DNA of 64,000 nucleotides from Candidatus Eiseniibacteriota bacterium (GTDB lineage: Bacteria; Eisenbacteria; RBG-16-71-46): assembly GCA_016215625.1 (NCBI GenBank), contig JACRIW010000020.1, positions 71,013 through 135,012 of the forward strand, written 5' to 3'. The position numbers and the translations under genes are program-made. Below the pieces are notes generated by a model, which made no database searches, had not been told where the DNA came from, and worked only from the letters and a program-made list of their open reading frames with translations. Position 1 is the stretch's first letter. Every line of letters begins with the position of its first letter. Below are positions 47,301 through 58,381 of the stretch, one piece after another.

Positions 47301-48827
47301 ATGGCCGTCACGCACTCGATGCCGAAGCTCGTCGACCTCGACTCCGACGCGCTGATTTCGCCCTTTGCCGCTTCCGACGCCGCGGACGAGCGCGCGTTCG
47401 TCGAAGCTCTGCAGAAGGGCGTGATCGGCTCCGACGCGCGGCTCGCGACGCCCGAGGGCGACCAGCCGCTGCTCTACTTCGACTACGTGGCGTCGGGGCG
47501 CTTCCATCGGTCGGTCGAGGACGCGCTCAACTCGCGCGTGCTCCCGTTCATGGCGAACACGCACACCGAGACCAGCTCGACCGGGCGGCAGATGACGCAC
47601 TGGTACGAGCGCGCGTTCAAGCGCATCGCCGGTTACCTGCACGCCGATGCGAACCATGTGGTGATCCCGGTGGGCTCGGGCTCGACCGGCGCGGTCAATC
47701 GCCTCATCCAGGCGATGGGCCTGCGCATCCCGAGCACGCTCGAAGACCGCTACGAGATGTCGCGGCTGATCGAGGACGACGCGCGGCCCGTGGTGTTCCG
47801 CAGCCACATGGAGCACCACTCCAACGACATCACGTGGCGTGAGACGATCGCGGAGACCGTCTACGTGCCGTTCGACGCGACCGGCCGCGTGTCGGCCGAG
47901 GCGCTCGACGAGCTGCTGGCGAAGTACGCGCACGCGCCGCTCAAGATCGGCACGTTCTCGGCGGCCAGCAACGTGACCGGCATCCGCAACGACTGTCACG
48001 GCCTCGCGCGCGTGCTGCACCGTCACGGAGCGCTCGCGTTCTTCGACTACGCCGCCGCCGGTCCGTACGTGGACATGGACATGGCGCCGGTCGGCGCGGA
48101 CGGCGAGCCCGACGCGCTCGCGCGGCTCGACGCCGTATTCCTGTCCGTGCACAAGTTCCTCGGCGGTCCGCGCGCGCCGGGACTGCTGATCGCGGACCGA
48201 AAGCTCTTCTCGAACCGTGTGCCCGTCGAGCCCGGCGGCGGCACCGTGCTCTACACGTCGCCCGACGAGCACGTGTACCTGACCGACACGTCGCACCGCG
48301 AGACCGGCGGCACGCCGCCGATCGTGGGCGTCATCCAGGCCGGGCTCGCGTTCGACCTGAAAGCCGCCATCGGCCACCAGCGCACGTTCGACATCGAGCA
48401 CGGCTACCTGGAGCGCGCGCTCGCCGAATGGACGAAGGAACCCGGCATCGAGATCCTGGGCGACCTGAACGTCGAGCGGCTCGGGATCGTGTCCATGATC
48501 TTCCACGGCCTGCACCACAACTTCGCCGTGGCGCTGCTGAACGACTACTTCGGCGTGCAGGTGCGCGGCGGCTGCATGTGCGCCGGCCCGTACGGGCACG
48601 AGCTGCTCGGCATCGACGAAGACGTCTCGCTGCGCATCCGCAAGCTGCTCGAACAGGGCAACTGCGGCGTGAAGCCCGGCTGGGTCCGTGTCGGCTTCTC
48701 GCCCGTGACGCGCGAGGACGAGTTCCAGGCGCTCATGGAAGGCGTGCGGTTCGTGGCGCGCGAGGGCAGGAAGTACCTCGACCGCTACGAGATGACGGAC
48801 GCCAGCGGGGAGTGGCGGAGGAAGTAG
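47301..48827 (+). CDS. aminotransferase class V, cysteine desulfurase/selenocysteine lyase-like
   Basis: YFDYVASGR, ANTHTE, EHHSN, SAASNVTG, SVHKFLGGP, ETGGTP and RGGCMCAG motifs. Confidence 0.85.
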   Translation: MAVTHSMPKLVDLDSDALISPFAASDAADERAFVEALQKGVIGSDARLATPEGDQPLLYFDYVASGRFHRSVEDALNSRVLPFMANTHTETSSTGRQMTHWYERAFKRIAGYLHADANHVVIPVGSGSTGAVNRLIQAMGLRIPSTLEDRYEMSRLIEDDARPVVFRSHMEHHSNDITWRETIAETVYVPFDATGRVSAEALDELLAKYAHAPLKIGTFSAASNVTGIRNDCHGLARVLHRHGALAFFDYAAAGPYVDMDMAPVGADGEPDALARLDAVFLSVHKFLGGPRAPGLLIADRKLFSNRVPVEPGGGTVLYTSPDEHVYLTDTSHRETGGTPPIVGVIQAGLAFDLKAAIGHQRTFDIEHGYLERALAEWTKEPGIEILGDLNVERLGIVSMIFHGLHHNFAVALLNDYFGVQVRGGCMCAGPYGHELLGIDEDVSLRIRKLLEQGNCGVKPGWVRVGFSPVTREDEFQALMEGVRFVAREGRKYLDRYEMTDASGEWRRK

Positions 48828-48844
48828 GGGGCGGGCGAGGGAGC

Positions 48845-50224
48845 TCACGCGGCCGCGCTCTTCGGCGCAGCGGGCTTCGTTTCCGTCTTCGAGAAGTCCT
48901 GCTTCGTCGCGAGCCGCGCGGTCAGCACTTTCAACGCCGCCCGCACCCGCGGCTCGAGCGGGCCGTTCGCGAGGTCCTTGGTCGCCTCCGCCGCGCGCGC
49001 CGATTGCTCCGGCGTGAACTGGAGTGACTTCAGCGCGCTCAGCAGATCGGCGTCGCGCTCCTGGATCGCGGCTTTCTCCGCGGCGAGGCGCGACTTCTCT
49101 TCCGCGGCCCGCGCCTTCTCTTCGCGCGCCGCCGCACGAGCGGCTTCTCTCGCCTTCGCTTCACTGTGGCGTGCGCGCTCGCGTTCGGCGCGTTCGCGGG
49201 CGCGCGTGACGCGGTCTTCGCCCAGCACGCGTTCGGCCTCGAACAGGTTGTGCGCGCGGCAGAGCAACCGGACGTTCGCGAGTGTGCTCTCGCCACCGAG
49301 TGCGACGGGTGTGCGGTGATCGAACTGCAACCAGCGGCGCTCGCCGCAGCGATGACCGTCGGCGCTCACGAACGAGCAGCACCCGCCGTCGCGCTGTCAG
49401 ACGGCGTGGCGCACGGCCTTCGGGATGCGGCGACCGTTGCCGACGGTCTCTTCGGTCTGTTCGCTCTTCTTCGCGCCGAGCTTGTCCTTCAGCAGGCGCT
49501 CTTCAAGCAGCTCGATCGCCTTCGCGTAGATCGCCGCCGGGTCTTGCGCCCAGTCGGTGTTGCTCAGCAGGTCCTGCACGCGGCGAAGCGCGTCGCGCTC
49601 CTGCTGCGTGAGCGTGAGACGGACTTCGTGTTCGCCCGGCGCGCCGAGCGCGATCACGCCGCGCTTCTTCGACGGCACAGGCGCAGACGACTCCTGCGCG
49701 AACGCGATGAACGCGAGCGCCTCGGGACCGGCTGATTCTTGGCCGTCTACATGCCATGTGGCATGTGATGGTGACGTTTCGTTGACAGGTGGCGTCTCGG
49801 ACTCACTCCTCTGAACGGCGGGCCGCGCTCGCGCTGCGACCAGCTGCGCAATCTCGGCGCACGACTTGTTCGCCGCCGCCGCGAGCAACTCTTCCGAGTT
49901 CTCGACCTTCAGATGCGGCGCGAGCGCGACGACCGCACCGAGCGTGAGTCGGCCATCCGACAAGTAGTCGAAGATCGTCGTGAACCGCGCGGCGGTCCGC
50001 GCCGCCTGGAGTCGCTTCGAGGCGCGATCCGGCGTCATGCGCAGGTGCTGCTCGCAGTACGTCTTCATGCAGGAGTAGCCGGCGGCGCGGAAGTCGCGGC
50101 GCGAGTCGATCAGTGCGAGGAGCGCGAGTCCTTCGGCGACGCGATGGTGTTCTTCCCGATAGATCAGATCGAGGCGCGCGCGAGCTTCTTCCGGCGAGAG
50201 GTGCGTCGGCAGGCGAAAGCGCAT
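48845..50224 (-). pseudogene. DUF222-like/HNH endonuclease gene with in-frame TGA at 49397-49399
   Basis: Two collinear in-frame ORFs: IPKAVRHAV*QRDGGCC...QFDHRTPVALGGESTLANVRLLCRAHN; RuvA-C-like helical tail. Confidence 0.82.
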
Positions 50225-50665
50225 GGTGCATGTACCGCGGGGGCGCGTTCACTTCACGCGGGGGCTGCGCGCCTTTTGTATCACAGGCAATTTCGAACGC
50301 CGCACTTGCCCGCACGCGCACGAACGAAGATCGCGACAGCAACTCGCGAACGAAAGCGCGCGCGGCGAGGACACGCGCGAACCTCGCGCGATTGCGCTCA
50401 AGCGGCGCGAACGCCAGCGCTGCGCGACAAGGTCGCCTTCCGAACCCGTCAAACACTTTCTTTCGCGATACGCCCGCGTCGATCGCTCGAATCGGGCGCC
50501 CTCGCCGGGCCCCGGCCGCCCGGGCCGCGCCCGCAGCCCCAAGCCCGCCACCGACCTATCCCATCGGCCCATCCCGCCTTGCCGCAAGCGGCTGTTAGTC
50601 TCCGGGCGGATGACGACACCTCGAACTCGCCGGGACGAACCCGCCCGCGCGGAAGGGATAGAGCC

Positions 50666-52170
<1,505 letters not shown>

Positions 52171-52171
<1 letters not shown>

Positions 52172-53568
52172 TGCTCTTCGAGCCGCTGACGGCCCTGCGC
52201 TGCATCGCCTGCGGCGCCGAGCCGGACGCTCGCGACCCGTATCCGTTCCGGTGTCCCCACGCCGGGAGCGGGGACGGTCGCGAGCACCTGCTCACGAGCT
52301 CGCCCGACATGACGCGCGCGCGGTTCGCGCTCGGCACGTCGGGCCAGCCGTTCGTGCGCCATCGCGAACTGCTCCACTCGTACACGCGCGCGCGCACGCT
52401 CGGCATGAGCGACGCGGCGTTCGTGGACATGGTCGAGGAGCTCGACGCGAAGGTCGCGGCGGTGGAGGGGCACGGCTTCGCGCAGACGCCGCTCGCTCCG
52501 AGCGAGGCGCTCGCGAAGTCCACGCGCCTGACCGAGGGCGAAGTCTGGGTGAAGAACGAGACGAGCAACGTCGCGGGCTCGCACAAGGCGCGGCACCTGT
52601 TCGCGCTCGCGCTGCACCTCGAGGTGAGCGAGCGCACGGGACTCACGACGCGCGAGGAGACGAACCGGCGCGGTCTCGCGATCGCCTCGTGCGGCAATGC
52701 CGCGCTGGCGGCCGCGGTCGTCGCGCGCGCCACGGAGCGCCCGCTCGAAGTCTTCATCCCCCCGGACGCCGACCCGCGCGTGGTCGAGCGGCTCCGCGCG
52801 CTCGGCGCCACGATCGGCGTGTGCGTGCGGCAGGAGGGCGTGAGCGGTGACCCGTGCGTGCGCGCGTTCCACGCGGCGCTCGCCAAGGGCGCGCTGCCCT
52901 TCTGCGTGCAGGGCAACGAGAACGGTCTGAACGTCGAAGGCGGCGCCACGATCGGCTGGGAACTGGCCTCGCAGCTCGCCAGTTCGGGCGGCCGCGTCGA
53001 CCGCGTGTTCATGCAGGTGGGCGGTGGCGCGCTCGCGAGCGGCGTGATCCAGGGGCTGCGCCACGCGCGCGAACAGGGCGTGATCGAAGCGCTCCCCAAG
53101 CTGCACACCGTGCAGACGCGCGGCTGCTGGCCGCTGCGCCGGGCGTACGAGCGCCTGCGTGAGCGCGCGCTGCCGGGCGCGCACGGCGACGACCCGACGT
53201 TCGCGGTGCGCCTGCGCGCGCCGAACCACGCGGGGGACGTCCGCACCGCGCTGCTGCACGCGCTCGACCAGCGCGCGCGGTACATGTGGGCGTGGGAGCT
53301 GGCGCCGCACTCGATCGCGCACGGCATCCTCGACGACGAGACGTACGACTGGTTCGCGATCGTCGAGGGCATGCTCGAATCCGGCGGCTGGCCGGTGGTG
53401 GTGGACGAGGCGCTGCTCGCCGAGGCGCGCGACATGGCGCAGGCGGCGGGCGTGAGGGCGGACGCGACGGGCGCGGCCTCGCTCGCCGGGCTGCTCGCGC
53501 TGCGGCGCGTGCGCTGGCTCGGCGTGGACGAGCGCGTCGTCGTGCTGCTGACCGGCGTCCAGCGCTGA
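52171..53568 (+). CDS. threonine synthase-like PLP enzyme with N-terminal Zn ribbon
   Basis: CIAC...CP, TPL, VKNETSNVAGSHKAR, ASCGNA, QVGGGAL and LLTG motifs; TGATG coupling. Confidence 0.8.
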
Positions 53569-53644
53569 CCACCGCGACACCGGCGGCGCCGCAGGCGCGG
53601 CTCCGAGCTTGGGGGCCGCGCCGCCGTGCTGTTACGGTGGCGGC

Positions 53645-55297
53645 ATGACGCGTTCTTCGTGGCAGGCACCGCTCCTGTGGCTGGCCGCATTCGCCGGGCT
53701 GGCCGTCTTCGCCGTGCAAGTCTCGCGCGAACTGCTCGCGACCTCCGTGTGGGACGACGCGTGGATGTTCGTGCGCTACGCCGAGCAACTGCTCGCCACC
53801 GGCGTGCCGGCGTTCGCGCCCGGCGGGCACGGCGTGTACGGGCTGACGTCGCCCGCCTACCTCACGGTGGTCGCGCCGCTGCGGGCGCTGCTCGGGCCGG
53901 AACCCGTGCGGGTCGCGCTGCTCTCGAGCCTCTTCTGCGGCGTGCTGTTCCTCGGATTCCTCTCGCGCATGGTCGTGCGCCTCACGGACGGCTCGCCGCG
54001 GCGCCGGGCGGCGACGTTCGCACTCGTGGGCTTCACGCTCGCGTACGCCGCGCCCGCGCTCGCGCGCCACTTCGCGAGCGGCATGGACACGACGTTCGCG
54101 CTCGCGTACTTCACCGTGTGGATCATGCTCGCGCACGCGTGCTCGCGCTACGTGGCGGACGAGGCCACGTGGACGCTCGGCGCGTTCGGCGGCATGGCGT
54201 TCAGCGTGCGGCCCGACCTGCTCGTGTTCACGGTCGGCGTGCCCGCGCTCTGCGCCGTGTTCGCGACGCACTGGCGCACGCGCAACAGCCAGGCCGCCGC
54301 GGCGTTCTTCACGCTGTTCGTCGCGCTGCTGCAGTCGGCGGTGTACGCGTGGTGGCTGCACTCGCCGCTGCCGTTGCCGTTCTTCGCCAAGACGTTCGGC
54401 TTCTACGGCCCGACGCTGCGCGCCGCGTACGACGGCGTCGCGATCGCCGAGGTGAGCGGCTTCCTGCGCGCGATGTCCGCGCTGCGCGCCGTGTTCGCCG
54501 CGGCCGTCGTGCTGCACCCGATCCGCTGGTGGAACGCGGCGAGCCCGCTCGAGAAGGCGCTGTTCTTCACCGGCCTCGTCTTCACCGCGTACCACGCCTT
54601 CGCGGTCGTGCCGATCATGGGCTACGCGGGGCGTTTCGAGATGCCGCTCTTCCCGGTGCTCGTCTACCTCGCGGCGCGCTCGCTCGCGCACCTCGCCACG
54701 TGGTACCCGCAGGCCGTGTGGCGCTCGCTCGTCGTGACGCTCCTGGCGCTCGCGGTCGCGGGCGTCCTCGTTCGGCGCATCGTCGCGCACCAGATCGCTC
54801 CCGAGCCGCCGCGCCTGGCCGCCGCGGAACGCTTCGACCTGCACGCCGCCTGGCGCGAGAACGGCCGGAACTACTGGGTCGCGCTCGACCGAGTCTCGCG
54901 GCTGCCGGACGACCTCGTCATCGCGACCACGGAAGTCGGCATGCCGCTCGTGCTGTCGCCGGAGCGGCGCATCATCGACCTCGCGGGACTCAACGAGACG
55001 AGCATGATGCGCCACCACGTGAGCGCGGACAGCGTCGTGCGCCGCGAGCGGCCGGACCTCGTGTACCTGCCGCATCCGCACTACGCGGAGATGCGCGACG
55101 CGCTGCTCGCCGACCCGGTGTTCGAGCGCGACTACGAGATCTGGCCTGCGGCCTCGCTGCGCGCCGACATGGGAGTCGCGGTGCGGCGCGACGGCCCGTA
55201 CGCCGACTCGTTGCGCGCGCTGTTCGCCGCCCGCGCGGCCGAGACCGCGGCGCGAGCCGTGCCGGCCACGCCTGCGGCACAAACGCCCGGGCACTGA
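53645..55297 (+). CDS. polytopic membrane protein, GT-C-like glycosyltransferase
   Basis: WDDAWMFVRYA, G.TSP, SGMDT, RPD and IIDLAGLN motifs; many TM helices. Confidence 0.65.
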   Translation: MTRSSWQAPLLWLAAFAGLAVFAVQVSRELLATSVWDDAWMFVRYAEQLLATGVPAFAPGGHGVYGLTSPAYLTVVAPLRALLGPEPVRVALLSSLFCGVLFLGFLSRMVVRLTDGSPRRRAATFALVGFTLAYAAPALARHFASGMDTTFALAYFTVWIMLAHACSRYVADEATWTLGAFGGMAFSVRPDLLVFTVGVPALCAVFATHWRTRNSQAAAAFFTLFVALLQSAVYAWWLHSPLPLPFFAKTFGFYGPTLRAAYDGVAIAEVSGFLRAMSALRAVFAAAVVLHPIRWWNAASPLEKALFFTGLVFTAYHAFAVVPIMGYAGRFEMPLFPVLVYLAARSLAHLATWYPQAVWRSLVVTLLALAVAGVLVRRIVAHQIAPEPPRLAAAERFDLHAAWRENGRNYWVALDRVSRLPDDLVIATTEVGMPLVLSPERRIIDLAGLNETSMMRHHVSADSVVRRERPDLVYLPHPHYAEMRDALLADPVFERDYEIWPAASLRADMGVAVRRDGPYADSLRALFAARAAETAARAVPATPAAQTPGH

Positions 55298-55393
55298 ACG
55301 GGCCGGAGGCCCGGAGCTCTGGAATCCCCCGCTTCCGGCTTTTCAAGTCCCGCCCCGACCGCGTACCTTCCCGGCTTCGTCCGGAGGACACCC

Positions 55394-56218
55394 ATGTTCA
55401 GCAAGCTGTTCGGCAAGAAGAAGCCGGAAACTCCCGCGACTCCGCCGCCGCCCCCGCGGCAGGTGCCGCTCTATGCCGCGCTGCTCGAGAAGCCCTCGCG
55501 CGACGTGCCGCAGAACCTGAAGACGAACGAGGAGAGTCCCGAGTTCGCGCAGTGGCAGGCCAAGTGGCAGGAAAAGCTGCGTGGGCAGAAGCGCCCCGCG
55601 GACGACCAGCCGGTGCTCACCACGCTCGCCTCGGGCGACCACATGGCGACGTTCGCGATGCCCGACGAGGGCGGGCGCGCGGCGCTGTTCTTCAGCTCGC
55701 CGCTGCGCGCCGCGGACTACAAGGACCACATGGGGGCCGAGAGCGCCGGGGCGCAGATCCCGATGCTGCCGCTCGCGGGGTTCGTGCAGATGCTGCGTGA
55801 CCTCGAGAGCGCGGGCGTGACGCACTTCGCGTTCGACCGCTGCCCGCGCTGCGTCGGCGCCACGGTGGCCGAGGCCGCCGGCGTCCAGACGGTCGAGGAC
55901 GCGTGGGCGGTGCGCTCGCAGTACAAGGGTGCCGAGGTCGCGCGCGAGAAGCTCTACTTCGAGTACGCGCTCGACGCCGCGCGCACCGGGCACCTCGAGG
56001 AGGCGCGCGAGGTCGCGCTGCAGGCCGTGTCGCACATCACGATCGAGGACCCGAACATGCACCTGCTGATCGGGCAGATCGGCGTCGCGCTCGCGGACAC
56101 GCAGCTGCACCAGGACGCCGCCGCGATGCTGCAGTTCCTCAAGGCCGATCCGTACGTCGCCAAGCTGCACACGGTCGTCGAGATCGGCGCCGCCGACTTC
56201 GAGGGTCCGGACGCCTGA
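55394..56218 (+). CDS. hypothetical protein
   Basis: GGAGG RBS, coding-like codon bias, CPRC motif, helical C-terminus. Confidence 0.7.
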   Translation: MFSKLFGKKKPETPATPPPPPRQVPLYAALLEKPSRDVPQNLKTNEESPEFAQWQAKWQEKLRGQKRPADDQPVLTTLASGDHMATFAMPDEGGRAALFFSSPLRAADYKDHMGAESAGAQIPMLPLAGFVQMLRDLESAGVTHFAFDRCPRCVGATVAEAAGVQTVEDAWAVRSQYKGAEVAREKLYFEYALDAARTGHLEEAREVALQAVSHITIEDPNMHLLIGQIGVALADTQLHQDAAAMLQFLKADPYVAKLHTVVEIGAADFEGPDA

Positions 56219-56236
56219 GCGGCGAGGCGGGAGCAC

Positions 56237-56272
56237 GAAGGCGGCCGGGGCGTGAGCGCTCCGGCCGCCTTC
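56237..56272. terminator. bidirectional hairpin terminator
   Basis: GAAGGCGGCCGGGGCG / CGCTCCGGCCGCCTTC stem between convergent genes. Confidence 0.7.
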
Positions 56273-56288
56273 TCTTCGTGGCGCGCGT

Positions 56289-56906
56289 CTAGTGCTGCGC
56301 GGGGGCCTCGCTCGCGGCGGTCGTGTCCGCCGCCGCGGGCGCTTCCGCCGCAGCGGCCGCCGCGGCCGCGGCTTCGCTCGAGACCCGGCCGAGGTTCGCG
56401 AGCCCTTCGGTGAAGTCCTTTCCGACCATCGCGTCCATGTCCATGAACACGCACATCACCTTGGACATGAAGTCGTAGTCGCCCGACATGGACCACTCGA
56501 CCTTCGTGCCTTCGCCCTCGGGCGCGAGCGCGAGCGTGGTCATGGCGGTCGAGGCGAACGGCTTGAGGAACTCCAACTTCATCACGACCTTCTGGTCCGG
56601 CGCCGCCTCGGTGATCGTCATGCGGCCGGAGCCCGCGTCCTTGTTGCCTTCCCACTCGTAGACCGCACCGACGCCCGATTCGGCGCCGCTGAACTGGGTC
56701 CGCATGGCGGGGTCGAGCTTCTGCCACGGCGACCACGACGGGAAGCGGTGCATGTCCGCGATCTGCGCGTACACCGCCGCCGGCGGCGCCGGAAGCGTCG
56801 CGCTGCGGGTGATGGTGTAGTGGTCCGGTTTCGTGGCGGCGAGCCCGAGCACCGCGAGCACGGCGACGCCGACGAGGGCGAGCACGCCCAGCAGGATCTT
56901 CTTCAT
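56289..56906 (-). CDS. SRPBCC (polyketide cyclase/dehydrase-like) protein
   Basis: N-terminal TM helix, WSPW..LDP, GAVYEWEGN, FLKPF and GKDFTEGLANL motifs. Confidence 0.85.
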   Translation of the reverse strand: MKKILLGVLALVGVAVLAVLGLAATKPDHYTITRSATLPAPPAAVYAQIADMHRFPSWSPWQKLDPAMRTQFSGAESGVGAVYEWEGNKDAGSGRMTITEAAPDQKVVMKLEFLKPFASTAMTTLALAPEGEGTKVEWSMSGDYDFMSKVMCVFMDMDAMVGKDFTEGLANLGRVSSEAAAAAAAAAEAPAAADTTAASEAPAQH

Positions 56907-57094
56907 GGCGATGGCCTCCATGGGAAGGGGTAGGGGCGGGACGCTAGCCCGTCCCCGGGTTCGCGCGCCAGCGCTCGCGCGACGAACGCGGGCAATAAGG
57001 TGGCCCGGCGCTCGCCCGTGCGCTTTGCCGTTGACCCGCACGGGCCGTCCGCGCCAGTTTTTGCGCCGGAGCCCATCCACCCCCGGAGGTCCGC

Positions 57095-57706
57095 ATGCCC
57101 TCGACCGATCCCCGCGTCGACGCCTACATCGCGAAGTCCGCGCCCTTCGCCCGTCCCATTCTCGAAGAGCTGCGTGCGCGCGTCCACGCCGCCTGCCCGA
57201 ACGTGGAAGAGACGATCAAGTGGGGCTTCCCGAACTTCGTCCACGAGGGCGCGCTGCTGTGCAGCATGGCCGCCTTCAAGCAGCACTGCACGTTCGGATT
57301 CTGGAAGGGGAAGCTCCTGCGCGCGGCCGGGCTGAAGGTGTCCGACGAGGCGATGGGGCAGATGGGACGGCTCGAGTCCGTGAAGGACCTGCCGGGCAAG
57401 GCCGAGTTCCGGCGGCTCGTGAAGGCGGCCATGACGCTCAACGAGGGGCCGACCCGCGTCGCGCGTCCGGTCACGAAGCCGGGTACGCGCAAGCCGATCC
57501 CGGTGCCCGCGGACCTGAAGGCCGCGCTCGCCCGGAACGCCCGGGCGCGCGGGACGTTCGAGTCGTTCGCCCCGAGCCACCGCCGCGAGTACCTCGAGTG
57601 GATCACCGAGGCGAAGCGCCCCGAGACGCGCGCGAAGCGACTCGCGCAGACGATCGAGTGGCTGGCCGAGGGCAAGCGTCGCAACTGGAAGTACGAGGGC
57701 TGCTGA
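57095..57706 (+). CDS. YdeI/OmpD-associated family protein (DUF1801)
   Basis: DPRVDAYI, ETIKWGFP and EYLEWITEAKRPETR motifs. Confidence 0.88.
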   Translation: MPSTDPRVDAYIAKSAPFARPILEELRARVHAACPNVEETIKWGFPNFVHEGALLCSMAAFKQHCTFGFWKGKLLRAAGLKVSDEAMGQMGRLESVKDLPGKAEFRRLVKAAMTLNEGPTRVARPVTKPGTRKPIPVPADLKAALARNARARGTFESFAPSHRREYLEWITEAKRPETRAKRLAQTIEWLAEGKRRNWKYEGC

Positions 57707-57802
57707 CACGCACGGCGGCGGGCCTGCGGCCGGACGCGGTGCTACAGTGAGGCGTGAGCGTGTTGGGCGCTCGAGCGATCCCTCCGCGCGAGGCCCCCAC
57801 GC

Positions 57803-58381
57803 ATGCCCATCACCCGACGCACTTTCCTTGCCCGCACGGCGCTCGTCGCCGGCGCCTTTGCCGCGTGGGGACTGAGCGGCGAGCGGCTGCGCTGGCTCGT
57901 CTCGGGCGCGCTCGCGCCCGCGCCCGTGGGACCGCTGCGCGAGTCGGCCGCCGAAGTGCTGCGCCTGACGGTCGTGGCGCTGCTCGACGCCCGCGTCGAG
58001 ACGGGGCACTACGTGGCGCGTTTCCGCTGGCGCGCCGAGCACGTGAGCGGCGCGCGCGCGCTGTACGAGCGCTTCGAGCGCGCGATGGACCGCGCGGCGC
58101 GCGCGGCGGGCGAGACGAGCTTCCGCGCCGCACGGCCCGAGACGCGCCGCCGGCTGCTCGAAGCCGTGCGCCTCGAAGGGGGCGCCACGCGCGTGCGCCG
58201 CACGCTGCTCGACCGCGACGCGTTGCGCTTCGCGCGCTGGGTCACGCGCGACGTGTTCGAGTGCTTCGCCGCGACCGACGCGTGGGTGCTCGCGGGCTAC
58301 GACGCCTGGCCGGGCATGCCGCGAGCGATCGCGCGCGTCGCGAAGCCGGCGAAGCCGGACGGCCCGGGAGGCGCCTCGTGA
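57803..58381 (+). CDS. Tat-exported small subunit, gluconate 2-dehydrogenase subunit 3-like
   Basis: ITRRTFL Tat motif, C-terminal AWVLAGY..WPG, directly upstream of the GMC gene. Confidence 0.65.
   Translation: MPITRRTFLARTALVAGAFAAWGLSGERLRWLVSGALAPAPVGPLRESAAEVLRLTVVALLDARVETGHYVARFRWRAEHVSGARALYERFERAMDRAARAAGETSFRAARPETRRRLLEAVRLEGGATRVRRTLLDRDALRFARWVTRDVFECFAATDAWVLAGYDAWPGMPRAIARVAKPAKPDGPGGAS

Noticed and set aside
49397-49399. TGA as selenocysteine or recoded Trp
   Set aside because: The position corresponds to Trp, not Cys, and TGA is the normal stop codon for most genes in this window.
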